Source: Adineta vaga (Eukaryota; Animalia; Rotifera). Taken from it: a DNA stretch of 64,000 nt. The stretch lies in NCBI GenBank assembly GCA_021613535.1, contig CP075493.1:10106001-10170000 (forward strand), in the 5' to 3' direction. Made by a program: the position numbers and the translations under genes. Position 1 is the stretch's first letter, and every line of letters starts with the position of its first letter. Of the stretch, positions 1 through 14,330 are shown piece after piece. The notes under the pieces were generated by a model. It did no database searches, had not been told where the DNA came from, and worked only from the letters and a program-made list of their open reading frames with translations.

Positions 1-416
1 AGTTAACAGGGAATCTAAATATGAAGTAAAAGATAAAATATGAAATTGAGATGTTTTGTTTTATTCGGTATGGATTGTATAGGAATTTTGAAAAAAACGT
101 TTAATAAAGTTTGGAAAACAATCATCTATTGGATTGAAATGATCAACAACATATATGATTCATACTTGAATTACGGGTATATATACGTCAGTTGATATCA
201 GTATATATCCTTCAAACGCAATCGTATAAAATAATCTCTTTTCTATCTTTCACGGGTATTGAATCTATATATTTATATACGACACAAAAATTTGCAAACT
301 TTGTCAGTAATATATCGGTTTAATAATGATACTTATTATAAATATTACCTGTTAAAATTTCAGATTCTGATGAATAATCATTATTTGTTGATAATTCTTG
401 TTGTTGCTGCTGCTGC

Positions 417-447
<31 letters not shown>

Positions 448-1237
448 CTAAAGAATAAACATGTGTTTCTATTTGTTCATTATTTACATAGTGTAATTGA
501 GATGGTGATGGTAACTGTTGTTGTTGTTGCTGATGATGTTGTTGATGTTGTTGCTCTGATGGTTGAAATGATGAAGGGATAAATTCATTTGATCGTGCAG
601 CTGAACCAGGAGGAATTGAAGTTTTCCTTGAGTGACCGCCACCACGTCGTCGACGAAACTTTTGTGGAGCAAATTCAGCTTCTTTCTGTTGCTGACGTTG
701 TTGTTGAAATCTTGGTGGTAATGGATTATAAGCAGAATAGGTATAAAGACTATATGGTATTGATGTATGTCCATTCGTTTTGAAATGATTATCTTGTTGA
801 TTTTGAGCAGATTTTGGATTATTCATTGACGATAATGAAGATGCTTGTTTAACAGGTGCAACACTTGCTTGAGGTTTTGGTGGAACAACAGATTCTTCTT
901 TTCCTAATGGCTTATCTGATGTTTTATCAAGTAATTTATTTTTATTACGTTGTTTAACGGACATAATTGATTCTTGTTCATCTTCAACATGTGTTGGAAC
1001 AGATTTGGTTTGTTCAACATTCACTGAATCATTCTGTTCTTGTTCACTATCCGATTGTTCTAAAACTGATTCTTGATCTTTTTCATTGCTTGTTTCAGCT
1101 GATGAAATTTCTTTTTCTTGTTCGTGTTGAATAGGAGTTTTGTCTACAGTTGCTATTTGTTTTCTTCGATTCGCATTTCGACCATTTTTTCGTCGACTTT
1201 TTGCATTATTACGTTGGCTTTGTTGCTCGTGATTCAT
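1..1237 (-). CDS. Low-complexity Q/S/E-rich protein of unknown function; 5' part, probably continues past the window start
   Basis: 305-aa ORF from ATG 1237 with polyQ tracts. GT donor at 348; candidate AG acceptors give exon starts at 264 and 14. Probable 5'UTR intron at ~1277-1588. Confidence 0.6.
397..447 (-). repeat. (CAA)n/(CAG)n coding microsatellite (polyglutamine)
   Basis: Runs of gtt/gct triplets on the + strand encode the long Q tract in ORF 320..1237. Confidence 0.9.
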
Positions 1238-2754
1238 TCGATGATGTTTTCCGTTTATTCAAATACGTTAATCAACCTAAAAATGAAATAATATTTATAA
1301 ATATCAGTAGCCACATACAACAATCACTATGTCCATCGACAGACCAGCTGACTGTATGACTGTCATCGTTTTCGTCTTATCTATAATGATAAACACGCAT
1401 AAAATATCACGCTTCGATCGATGTCTTTTATTTATAGTGTGCTCAACTGTGACGAAAGAAAAAAAAACGGAGAAAGAAGGAAAGAAACTTGAACGAATAC
1501 AGAAAAAAATATCTATACACACGCCTACTAAATCATGGAGTAGGAGAGATGTGAATATGCATGCGTAATAGCAAACATGCGACACATACCTGTAGAGAGA
1601 GAGAGAGAGAAAAAAATCAGAGACATGTATTCAGTATTATGTATAAGAAAGAACAAAAAAGTGACTAGTTGAGGAAGTGTGTAGAAGCGCGAAAGGAGAT
1701 TGTTGCCTCTTGAACCAAAAGTTTAATTCTTTCTTCTTTTTTTCTCTCGTTTATTTACATAAGTTTTGAGAAAAAAAAATGAAAGAAGAAATCGAATGAA
1801 CTTATATAAACAAAAATACTATAACGACTGCTCTATTGTATGAATACGTCATCTGAGGGTTAAAAAAACGAGATGACATGATTCAGTGTAAAAATAGTAT
1901 CAATCTATTAGTACCTTGCAGTAATAAACAAAATTAATCATAAGTGATTGATTGTATCCTGAATGATATTCTAACGTCTGCTTCCCATTTACTTTTTCTT
2001 ATATTTCAAATGTGAGACGTTTTCTCTCATTAAAACAAGTTCTATAACATGTTCTCAGACGCTTTAACTATCATCTGTAATATATTAGAAAGGGTGGTAT
2101 GATTCAAGAATAATATTTCAAGATTCTTGAGAGCTTTTTTGTCGCACCAACTTGGTCTCAGTAAAAGCATAGACATCAAAATCTATGTCGAGAAAAAAAT
2201 TTCTTTTCTAATTGAAAACAATTTCAAGGACGGATTTGAAAAATGTTTCTTTCTTCTCTTCATACCATTGAATTTTACTCAAATCAATCAAATTCACGCC
2301 GATTATTTTTGAAAATCATTCTTTTTTTGTATATAATTATTGATAAAAACTAATGGTAAAAACCAAATCTCAATTGTTTTTCAACATTTTTTTCCTTTTA
2401 TTTGCTTCAATTATGATTGCAAAGTCGCTTTCTTTAGTCATCACACATCCATTTGCCATATTTCATTGTAACACGAAAAACAAATAATTCAGACATTCAA
2501 TCCTTGAAAATGAAAAACAAAACAAGCACAAAAACAATAAGAAAAAAAATAGAAGCATGGAGAACATTCCAAAAAACACATTCGAAATTAACTTTGTGAG
2601 CACTTATCTGTAAAAAAAAGTAAGAAAAAAAATTGTAGACGACTTTATTTTATGACAAAAAAAGTACGTTTCTTGGTTCTGGATATATGCATGTATATAT
2701 ATATATATATTATATGTCAATGTCGTTACACAAACAGAAGGAAAAAAATGATGA

Positions 2755-5700
2755 TTAAACACCATAATGAATTTGAAGTCGTTGTTTTAGTGGTAAAGGA
2801 AATCGGTCTGTTAGTTGTTTCCATTGTTCATTACCAAATTCTTGTTTAAATGAATGTAAAATATCTCGAAATTTCGCATGTAATTCTACTGGAGGTTTTT
2901 CCCATGATGCAATTGCATCACATACATAAATAAAATCATTAGTAACACCTAATGGATTTAGTACAATCATATTACAGATACCACGGAAAGCTGAATCCTT
3001 TTCGTCATTATCACGTATATTACGTAATGCAACACACCATGGACGTATAAAACGTGCTAATTGTGATGAAACATCAGTTGGACAAACTAGACCTAAACGT
3101 CCAATTGTTATTGCTGTATTTTCTAATAAAGTTTTCGGTGTATTATTTCGATTAACGATTAATATTAATGATTCAAGAATAATTGATACAAATGGTTGAA
3201 TTTCAGCACCGATCTGTACAGCAATTTCACCAATAGCCCATATAGCATTATTACATACACTAACGTGATGTGGATTAAGATTTTGTGTTAATAATGGAAG
3301 GAAGAAGTTTAAATGTTTTCGAACATGATGAAAACAAGCTTTTGTTAAATCGCCTAATAAGGCAAAAGAACTTTGACGAACTTCAGCCATAGGATCCTGT
3401 GCACAACGTTCAAGTAAGGAGAGAAGATTAGATCGTTCAACAAGTGAATCAATATGAGAACCTAAATGAAAAAAAAAATCAATCAAAAAACGAGCTTCTT
3501 GTTTTGTAATATCGAGTAAGAATTTCTTTTTTTTTGTTTTTCTATATGAGTGTTCTATAGTGTGACAGAATACTTACTGAGGCCTTCTGCTAAACCTGAT
3601 AGTAAATCTAGTGCAACAATCATGAAATCTTTGTCTAATTGTGCATTTGGTCCGTTTGCTTCCAATGTTTGTTGCACTAAAACAATACATCGAACAAAAA
3701 CTGGTTCACAATAAGGTAAAAATCCTGTTTGTAATGCTGTTGCAATTGATGAAAGACATTCAAGTAAAGGAAATAAGTCTTTATCATCATTTCTCAAAAT
3801 ATTCCAACGTTCAATTAAGGGTGGCATTAATAATTCAATGTAATCTGAATGATTTAAATGTGAACCAACACTATCAGCTAATGTTCCAATAGCATCATAG
3901 AGAATTAATAAATTCTTGGCTTGATATTTACGAAAAGCATGTACTAAAGTTTCAAGAATTTGTTTTAGATAAGGAACCATTTGTACACATGCTTCTTCTT
4001 CTAATGTAGCAAATGCACTACAAGCAGCTTCTTGTACCTATAATCATATAATGGAATTTTGCAATAAATAAATAAATAAATAGAAATTCAATGTTTTTCT
4101 CTTACTTTTTTATTCGCATCTAAAATTCGTTTTAATAATTCCGACATTAAAGGAATAAGAAATTTATTTTGTTCAACTTCATTATGTACAATCCACGTTG
4201 AATATCTTGATAATGTCCAACATGTAATTGAACGTACCAATGGTTTTTGATCATTAAGACATTTAATTAAATAATCGACAAGATCTGGTAAATGTGGTGT
4301 TAGACCATATGAGCAACCTTCAGCAATAGCACCTAAAACAAGTATGCCACTTTCTTTAATTTGCCAATTATTATGAAATAACATTTCACGTAATATTGGT
4401 AATAAAATAGGTAAAATTGATTCACGAAAGACATTGGAAAGAATATCTAATGCAGCTGCTGAACATTTGCGTAAATTCCATTCAGTTGCTTGATCAGCAT
4501 TGGTACCTAAATGTAAAAGAAAAGTATAGATATTACAATTTAAATGAGGAAAAAAAAGAGTTTTGAACTCAATAGAAAACAAATTTGTTGATATCTAACC
4601 TGTTGCTTCATCGTCATCATCATCTTCTTCGTCATCATCTTGTAGATGTTGATCTGATTGACTATTTGGTGGCGTTGCTGCTGTTGTTGAATTATTATTC
4701 GTATCGGTTACATTATTTAATTGACTAGTTGAATCATCGTTATCTAATAAATTTGGTATATGTTGTCTTGTACGTGCTCGATGAAATCTTGGACGAATAT
4801 CTTCAATACGATCAGGTATATGTTCATCATCATCAATATCACCTTGTAGAATAATTACATCTATTTCTGAATATTTCATATTTTTACAAAGTATTGGTAA
4901 AAGTTTATCTAGATATGGTTGTAGAACATCTCGACATATTGGTTGATCAGCAATCATTAACCAAAATTCACATGCTTCTAATGCAACTGCATCATCACCA
5001 TCTTGTGATGTTAAAAGCATATATTCGATAATTTGTTGCATATGTGGAATTAAACGTTCAATACGAACTTCAACTAACATAACTAAAGCTCGACAAACAT
5101 GTTTACGTACATCGGAATCGGTATCATTAGCTAATTGAAAAAGATTTTCAAGAAATACATCAATGTTTGTCATTAAAGCAGTTGCACGTGGTGTAATAAA
5201 TTCATTGACACAACTAAAATAGATTTATTAAAATAAATTGATTGTTTTACTTTTCTTATTTAGTCTAATTAGAATTCAATAATTCTTCGGAGAATTGAGA
5301 TCTTAACGGAGAATTTCCCCAATGACTCAGTTTCATTATCTGTTACTGTTTTCCTTGTCAAACTATTATCAAGAAAATTTCTTACGCAATCGCATGTGAT
5401 CGAATTTTTGAATGTGAATGAAGAAAGAATTGAATAAATTTTGGAATGAGTACATTCAATGGTTGTGATTGAGCGTTCTCAAGTTGATCGGCACTATCTT
5501 CACAGATTTTTTGTAATGCTCCAAATGCACCTTCACAAAGATTAACATCCGGTGAATCCAAACATGAATAAAGATGTTCTAATAATGCTGGCCATTGTTC
5601 TAATGTACCTTTCGTAACAATTGTTGTAATCAATATGCCAACTGTTGCACGTATTAATGGAGAACGATCACCTAATGCTGATAAACATTCTTGTTTAATA

Positions 5701-5966
5701 TAAGATCGAACCTCATCAGGAAATTTTTCATAGTGAGATTTAGCATTATTTTTTAAAATTAATCCTGATAATGATCGTGTTGCTTCTTGTTCATCAAATA
5801 ATTTTGTTAATATATAAACAAGATATTTATTAAAATCAGGATATTGATTTAATGATTCTAAACGTGCTTGAACTTGCCGTTGAACTTGTGTATCAGGTGA
5901 TTGGGATTGCCGTAGTAAAGTTAAAATTTGTTGCAGATCATCAACTTGACCTGGTTGCCAACTCAT
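2755..5966 (-). CDS. TNPO1: Transportin-1 / karyopherin beta-2 (multi-exon)
   Basis: MSWQP start, [11 protein letters not shown], acidic H8 loop ([10 protein letters not shown]), [51 protein letters not shown]-terminal [11 protein letters not shown]. Confidence 0.97.
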
Positions 5967-7063
5967 CGTATATATACAAAAAAATAAAATTTCTTCGCTT
6001 GTAAGTTTGTGAAAGTTCTCTTTTGACTAGATGAGATCAAAATAAGAAACAAAATCAATATCGTTGTGAAGTAGAAATAGAAAAGAAGAAAATAATCAAA
6101 TAAATATATACTCCTACTCCACTCTACATACATATGATTCAGAAATTGATATAGATGTCGCTCGATAATTATTTTAGTTGAAAAGCATTTTTCTTGAAAA
6201 AATCATCAGTTCTATATTTGAATGGAAAATTTTACGACGAAAAACTATTTCGAGAAATAATGCAAAGAGATCTATTGATTGGCGTAGTCTTTTACCAGAA
6301 TCTCTCGGCCATCTTGAAAAATGCCACCATGAAAGAAAATTGATTTATCTTTTTTTTCTTCGTTCTCTACGCTCGAATGATTTGTAAGTGAAAAAAAATT
6401 GCGAACCGAACTATGTTACATTTTCGATTATGACAATTTTATTTAGATGTTAACAGTGACAACTATTTAATCAAATTGCTTTTGGTAAAGAAAAAACAGG
6501 TAATGAATACAACAAAAAATTACATTAGAATTCTCGCGAAAATTCAAAAAAACTAATATTCTATCATTACATGAAACATTGAGACATTATTCGTTTATTT
6601 AATAAATGAGTTGTCCTTCCTTTTGATTGCCTATGTGAAAATAGTTGATAGAATATTCAAAAGAAAAGTGTACTTTTTAAATATTTTTCGTAGATAGTTC
6701 AGATTATGAACGTTTAGACAGACAGAGAGGGTGATGTACTAGAAGGTCGGTTTTGATCTTTATAAGAAATCTGATTATTCAATTGAGACTATAGAAGAAA
6801 GAAATAGATTGTATGATTGTAAATCGTTTTAGTTCGGGAAAGAGTATATCTTAATTAAATTAGAATTGTTAGTATAAATTATTGAAATATAGGAAAATGT
6901 TAGAAAAAGAAAACCGTTGCCTCAGGATGTCAATAAAGAAAACGAAACGACGTAGAAGATCAATGTTACCCGCAAGAATATATAACACATTATTTTGTCG
7001 TCGATAGTGTATTTATATCAATAATATTGTTTTTATTTTGTTTTTTTAGGAATTTATTTAGTC

Positions 7064-8608
7064 ATGTCAAATTATAATCGAACATCACCGAATAATTTTG
7101 GTACAACACCTTTAATTAATCCACAAGTTCAAATGACAAATTCAAGTTTTATTAAATCGGAAATTGAACGTTTTGAAAGTGTTCATCCATCCATTTATTC
7201 CGTATATGAATTAGTTGATGAATTAAAAGATCAATTGAAAACACAAGCACAAATACGTGAACATGTGATGATTATTGAAGATTCATTTGTGAACAGTCAA
7301 GAATGGACTTTAAGTCGAAGTGTACTTGATATTCGTATTGGTCTATTAGGAACACTAACAAGTGGAAAATCGGCTTTAGTTCATCGATTCTTGACAGGAA
7401 CTTATATGCAAGAAGAATCTCCTGAAGGTGGAAGATTTAAAAAAGAAATCTCTATCGATAATCAAAGCTATTTACTACTCATACGCGACGAAGCTGGTAT
7501 ACCAGATACGCAAGTAAATAATCTAAGAAAAATTTTAATCATATAAAAACTTCTTTTTTTTTAAATTTATGTATATTTTTAGTTTACACATTGGGTTGAT
7601 GCTGTTATCTTTGTATTCAGTTTAGAAAGTGAAGAAAGTTTTAAAACAATTTATCAATATTATACAAAAATGAATCATTATAGAAATCTCAGCGATATGC
7701 CATTGATTCTTGTTGGTACACAAGGTTAGAGGAAAATGGATAATTATTGATTTTTATAAAAAAAAAGTTTTATTTTTGTTTTTAAGATGCTATTAGTGAA
7801 AGTAATCCACGTGTTATACATGAAGATCGAGCAAGAAAATTAGCAAATGAATTAAAACGTTGTACATATTATGAAACATGTGCTACATATGGTCTCAATA
7901 TTGAACGAATATTTCATGATGGTTTGTTATAGAAAAGAAAACGAAGAGATTTTCGATTGAATAAGAACGTTCTTTTTTTTTCTAGTTTGTCAAAAAATTA
8001 TTCATCAACGTTATATATTATCTACTTCAACATTATCATCATCTCGTTCGATTACTCCACAACAACAATCGCCTATTTCGAATCAAATTCGAATTCTATC
8101 AAGTTCACATAGTATTCCAGCTGCATCTCATCTCTCTGGAAATATCAATTTAGCTCAAACAGCACCAGCATCTGTCTTTTCATCATATCATTTCGAACAA
8201 CCACAACATCCACCACCCATACTTTCTCCTCCTACGCAAAATCTTGCTGTTGCTCAATTGGCTCAATGTATAAATAGTCAAACAATTAATGGTGTACTTA
8301 AAGATCGAAATAATCAGCAACAAATTCAAAATGATAAACGTATTCGTTCATTTAAAGATCAACAATCAATGAAATTATCTACGCTTTCCGAAACACATTC
8401 ATTACCTGTTCATGACGGACAATTACGAGTTGATACAAATGAACAAATTACGCCTACATCAACACCAACACAAAAACGAAAAGAAACAAAACGAAAATCA
8501 AATTTATTTACAGTATGTCTATGTCATAGAATGTGAAATAAACATATCGTTTCTAAGTGTAATTTCATTATGAATAGAAATCGTCGATGAGAATTTTCGG
8601 ATATGCAC

Positions 8609-8641
<33 letters not shown>

Positions 8642-10611
8642 TTATTTGAGAATCTTCGAATCAACTTATTCTCTAGTGAGACATTGTCACATGATGTTCA
8701 TACTAATCTATAGCAGTAGGTATTGTCAGAGCATGCTTGAATATATATATATATGTGTTATCATGATTATCAAATTTCAATGAAAGAAATTATTTCATTT
8801 CAAATTTTAGCCTGGAAGAAAAGACGAAGATAAAAATAAGGCCGACCGATTAGGTCATGGTCGAACAATACCAATTAAACAGGTTTTTCTTTTTTTAAAT
8901 ATGTCCTTCGAACTTCTTCTAAATCGTCTTATAATTTCAGGGATTTTTGTACAAAAAAGGCACGAACAGTATTAATCGAGATTGGAAAAAGAAATATGTT
9001 GTTTTACTCGATGACGGACGAATTATTTATCATCCATCATTTCATGTATAAGAAAAAATTCTTTCTATTCATATGCGATCTTCAATTAAAATTGATCATT
9101 TAGGATTATGAAAATGATTCTCATGGTAAAGAAATTATTCTTCAAAGAACAACAATCAAAATTCCTGGCTCAAATAAACCTCGTATTGCTTTACGTAGTT
9201 CAAGTAATGATAATAAATTAAGTGAATTAACTTCAACAGATTCATTACCAACTGGACCTGGTAATATTTATTCTAGAAATTTGTCTAAAATTTTACGGTT
9301 TTGTTTTTTTCGTAGTAGGAAAAATCGAAACACCCAATGCAAAAAAACGTCATCGCCGTCTTCAACAATCGAATACACCGAATTCAACGAATAGTTCAGG
9401 GGGATCAAAATCTTCATCAAATGCAAATGGTGGTGATGATGATGGCGATGAAAATGTTTTCATTATTGTTTCATTGGATAAGCAATGGTTTTTCGAAGCA
9501 CACTCCAATGAAGAACGTGATGAATGGGTTCAAGCAATTGAACAACAAATTCTATTTAGTTTACAAAATATTGAATCATCAAAAGCAGCACGAGCTGGAA
9601 AAAGTGGTACGTCAAATATTGCAGATTCAGCATCAGTACAAGCCATTAAACAAATACCAGGAAATGGTTTTTGTGCAGATTGTGATCAATCAAGTAAGAC
9701 GAAGAAAATAACAAAATATTTTTTAATAATTATTTGTTTTTGTTTTGTTTTAGATCCAACATGGGCTTCGCTAAATCTTGGTGCTCTAATTTGTATGGAT
9801 TGTGCATCATTACATCGAAATCTTGGTACACATTTATCACGTGTTCGATCACTTGAACTAGATGAATGGCCGTAAGTTTAGTTTCCTTATATAAGTTTTT
9901 ATTTGTGTGTTTTTTTCTTCTTTTAAACAGATCAGAACTTGTACAAGTAATGCGTTCGATTGGAAATAAACTAGCTAATTCAATCTGGGAAGTAAATATC
10001 AAAAATCGTGTCAAACCTCAACCTAATACTTCATCGTATATTAAAATTCGTTTATTTCTATGGAAATTTTCTTATAAATATTTTTCAATTCTAGATCTGA
10101 ACGAGAACGATGGATCAGAGATAAATACGAACAAAAATTATTTGTTGCACCACTACATGTTTTACCAAATCAAGCACGACAAGCACTTCTCGATGCTATA
10201 ACGAAAGAAGATTTATATACAGTTATACTTATTCTAGCTCATAGAAAGATATCAACTGAAGACGTGAATTCATCATTATTACATTTAGCTGCATTGCAAG
10301 GAAATGTTACCATTCTACAACTTCTTCTCTGGGTAAATTTGATTTTTGAAAATTTTCTTGCTGATTTATATTTTTTTTAGTACGGTGCCGATCCATTTGC
10401 AATGGATAGTAATGGTCGTACACCTCTTCAATGTGCAAATGGTGATTGCATTCGAGTTCTTCAAACCTTAACGAATAATCAAACTGATTTTCAACAACAA
10501 TTTAAACAACCTTTAAATTCTTCTCAACAGAGTACATTATCTCGACAGCGACACCAGCCAGTATCATCTCCTGCTCCACCTTATGATAAACTTCCATCTA
10601 CTGTTATTTAA
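7064..10611 (+). CDS. AGAP1: AGAP / centaurin-gamma: GTPase-like, split PH, ArfGAP and ankyrin domains
   Basis: [57 protein letters not shown] motif [13 protein letters not shown], ArfGAP CADC...[14 protein letters not shown]...[14 protein letters not shown], ankyrin-like tail. Confidence 0.95.
8608..8640. repeat. (AG)n microsatellite in an AGAP intron
   Basis: Visible AG dinucleotide run. Confidence 0.85.
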
Positions 10612-11093
10612 CTTCTATCTTTGCTCAGATATACATACGTATTGTCTTGTGTTTATGGTACGAACTTTTCTATCTTTCTTTCTCACTTGTGCAATTTTCT
10701 CATATTTTTTAAAATCTAAAAAATGTTTGGTTTTTTTTTCTCTCTCTCGCTCTCTCATTTTTATTCTTAGCATGTGTTTTCTTTTTCGTTTTGTAATCTT
10801 TTGACGTTCCGTGCTCTTATTCGTTTGTTCTGGTTGCTATAAATTCACGTTCTTTTTTGTTTATTTCGATGTTTATGATTCATTCTAATCGCTAAAATTC
10901 TTCTGTTTTACTTTATTTCAACTGTATCATATAGAAAAAAAACCAAATGCAGCAATCTCTTGTATATAAAATTGCATTTTCTCTTCGATTGAAGTTAAGC
11001 AAAAATAACATAAATATACATACCTATATATATATATATTTGTTGTTGTTGTTGTTTAGATTAATATATATATTCTAATACTTTCCATTTACA

Positions 11094-13243
11094 ATGTCTA
11101 CTGTTAAAAGTAAGAGATGATAAGATTGATTGAGTTTTAACGAATTTGTTTTCTTTTCTTTTTTTTTCAAGTTAATGTTAAATGGAATAAAGATGTATTT
11201 AAAGATATCGAAGTTGATACATCATTACCACCAGCTGTGCTCAAAGCTCAATTATTTTCAATCACAAATGTTCCAAGTGAACGACAAAAAATCATGGTGA
11301 AAGGACAAACAATCGGTGACGAAACTTGGGGCAAAGTAACATTGACGAATGGTTTAACACTATTGATGATGGGTTCAGCTGATCCAATACCAGAAATACC
11401 AACGGAAAAAGTGAAATTTTTAGAAGATATGACAGAAGCTCAACTTGCTCGACACATGCAATATCCAGGTGGTTTGAAGAATCTTGGTAAGTATATAGAC
11501 AGAAATGCCTTAAAATTTTGTTCATATGTTAAGATTCAATATTTGTTTAAACTTCATGTTTTCTATTTTAGGTAATACTTGTTATATGAATGCAACATTG
11601 CAATGTCTTAAAAGTGTATCTGAATTACGTGATGCTGTTAAACAATTTGTTCCAGCCAATGTTAGTCATTCCGGTCAAGGTGCTATGATGATTGATGGTT
11701 CACAAATGGTAACTAATGCATTGAAAACAACATATCAACAATTGGATGTAACAAGTGAAGCATTTATGCCGTTGACATTTCTTGCTACGATTCATCGAGA
11801 ATTTCCACGTTTTGCTGAAAAAGATGATCATGGACATTTAATGCAACAGGATGCCAATGAATTTTGGGTACAATTGATGCAAATTCTTCAAATGAATATT
11901 CCAGGAAAGAAATTAAATAATGAAATAGCATCGAATTCAATTGCTGATAAAAGTTTGATTGATCAATACTTTGGAATCAATACTCAAGCTATGTAAATCA
12001 TTCTTTTGAGCTTTTTCGATTAAATTAGAATATGTTTTTTGTTTTTCTAGAATGAAATGTAATGAAGCACCTGAAGAAACACCAACTGTATCTGAAGAGC
12101 GTTTACTTCAGCTCAGTTGTTTCATCAGTCAAGGTAAACTTCATTCAAATATTTCTTATTCATATATGAATTTTTCCTTTTTCTAGATGTGAAATATTTG
12201 TTAACTGGATTGAAAAATGTAAGTATTTGTTAAACATATCAAGATAGTTATATTCTCATTATGATAAATAGAGATTGGAAGAACACATAACGAAACATTC
12301 CTCGACACTTAATCGTGATGCTATTTTTACAAAATCGGTACTATAATTAGATTTCATTTTGTTATCCATGAAGAATTATTTTCCATTTTGTTTTAGACAC
12401 ATATTTCACGTTTACCTGCTTATTTGACAATTCAATTTGTACGATTTTTTTATAAAGAAAAAGAAAAAGTCAATGCGAAAATTCTTAAAGTAAAATGAAT
12501 ATATTCTTATCAAGAAAAGAATTCTCTGTTTTCTCTTTCTCTCTCTCTCTTGAAGGATGTTCAATATTCAATGGTTCTTGATGTTTTTGATTTATGTACA
12601 CCTGAATTACAAAAACGTTTGATACCAATACGCGAAAAAATCAAAGCAGCTGAAGATGCTAAACTTGATCGTGAACGCGCTAAAGTATAGAATTAATATT
12701 TTATCTGATTCAATCATAAGTTGTATCATTTAGAAACTCGGTGAACCATTTACAGAACCAAAAAATTTAACCCGATTACCAACATCATTTCCTGATGGTA
12801 ATAATCTATTCGATTGAATATTTTCAAGTACAAAAAGTGTTGTTTTGATTTTCTATTGAATAGATACTGGTTCAAATAACAGCGGTTTTTATCAATTAAA
12901 TGCTGTTCTTACACACAAGGGTCGATCTAGTTCAAGTGGACATTATGTTGCATGGGTTCGTCGTAGTCAAAGTAATAAATAAAACAACATTTTCCTTTAC
13001 ATTGATTGTTTTTTTTCTCATTACATAGCTGAATGGGTTATGTTTGATGATGAAAATGTCACACCAGTGACAGAAGAAGATGTATTAAAGTTATCAGGAG
13101 GTGGTGATTGGCATACAGCTTATCTATTAATTTATGGTCCACGAACAATTGAATATGAAGACAAATCAAATGATGGTGCAAGTGGAGAAGCCAATGTTAA
13201 TGCGATGGATACAACAACATCAGCCAATGGTGCCAAACCGTAG
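11094..13243 (+). CDS. USP14: Ubiquitin C-terminal hydrolase 14 (Ubp6 orthologue)
   Basis: UBL (VKWNK...KAQLFSITNVPSERQKIMVKG), Cys box GLKNLGNTCYMNA, QQDANE, His box THKGRSSSSGHYVAW, LSGGGDWHTAY. Confidence 0.96.
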
Positions 13244-14330
13244 ATTTTGTTATGAGTTAGCTTTTTTTCCTTCTTTTTAAAACAAATTTACATTCTGTAT
13301 GCGTGCGTGCGTGTTATCATGTTATTTTCGCGAAGCGATTTCAAACAAATAAAAATAAACAAGAAACACAATTGAGATGATTTGTTAAATATTCTAGTTG
13401 CAACTAACTTTTACATTTTGTATTTGATCAAAATGAATACTTCTCAAAATTCTGTGGTTCGATTGAGTTGGAATGAATGTTGTCATTTCAAAAATAAAAT
13501 ACTACAAAGATCAAGAACTTTAACACTTCGCATTGTTCTTTATATTTTGTTGAAAGATGTTCCAGTCAAAACGCTATTGCACATAACTACCTGCGTCATA
13601 ATTTGACTTCATATTTCTCTATAAGTACAGCGTACATCTTGTCTCTTACAAAATCTAGAACATTTTCAATTATTCTTCTTATACGAAATTCACTAATAAC
13701 ATAGAAGAAGTATTAAGATGGATTTGTCATCACAAGAGTGAAGATATAAAAGATTGTCTTATCAAATCTTCTACGATGTAAGCTCTGAGATGGTGAAAGT
13801 TGTTTAACGAACAAGACAGTTAGATCATTTTGTCTAATTGAACAGAAATCTTTTAATTAGTTAGATTTCATTGGAAATGTATTGTTATATTTTAGTCGTG
13901 TCATTTGAGAATTAGAAGCTGCTGTTTCAGTTATAGAGTGCGTTTCTTTGTTGTACGAGTTATTAAAATAACAACGTTTGGCATTGGAGTACAAAAATGC
14001 GTAAGTATAAAATAAAGTCAATTCGTGCTTAGATTTTCCGTTTAAACTATTATTTAACTTCGCATTTTTCTGTTGATTCCAAATGAGTTTTGTGCTTCTA
14101 TAATTATTTGGAGATTTTCTACTGGAGCATTTTGTCCGCAATAACTTTCAGGCTTAAAGATGGAATTCATCATCTTTCCATAGAACGTACTAGTCGAAAG
14201 AGATGAATCGCTCGACAACAATCAAATGAAAAAATCTATAAAAACTGCAGATGACAGTAACACGCACATTTAAACAAAATTAAAAGAGTAAAAACGTTCG
14301 AGGACATTTTGCATTTGAGTTTTATCACTT

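Noticed and set aside
259-783. Poly-Val ORFs 259..582 and 589..783, and many other short track ORFs overlapping real genes
   Set aside because: Antisense or off-frame shadows of real exons, or low-complexity F/L/I-rich UTR and intron sequence.
6528-6545. Near-palindrome GAATTCTCGCGAAAATTC between the divergent TNPO1 and AGAP genes
   Set aside because: A single imperfect occurrence; resemblance to the vertebrate TCTCGCGAGA promoter motif is not enough support.
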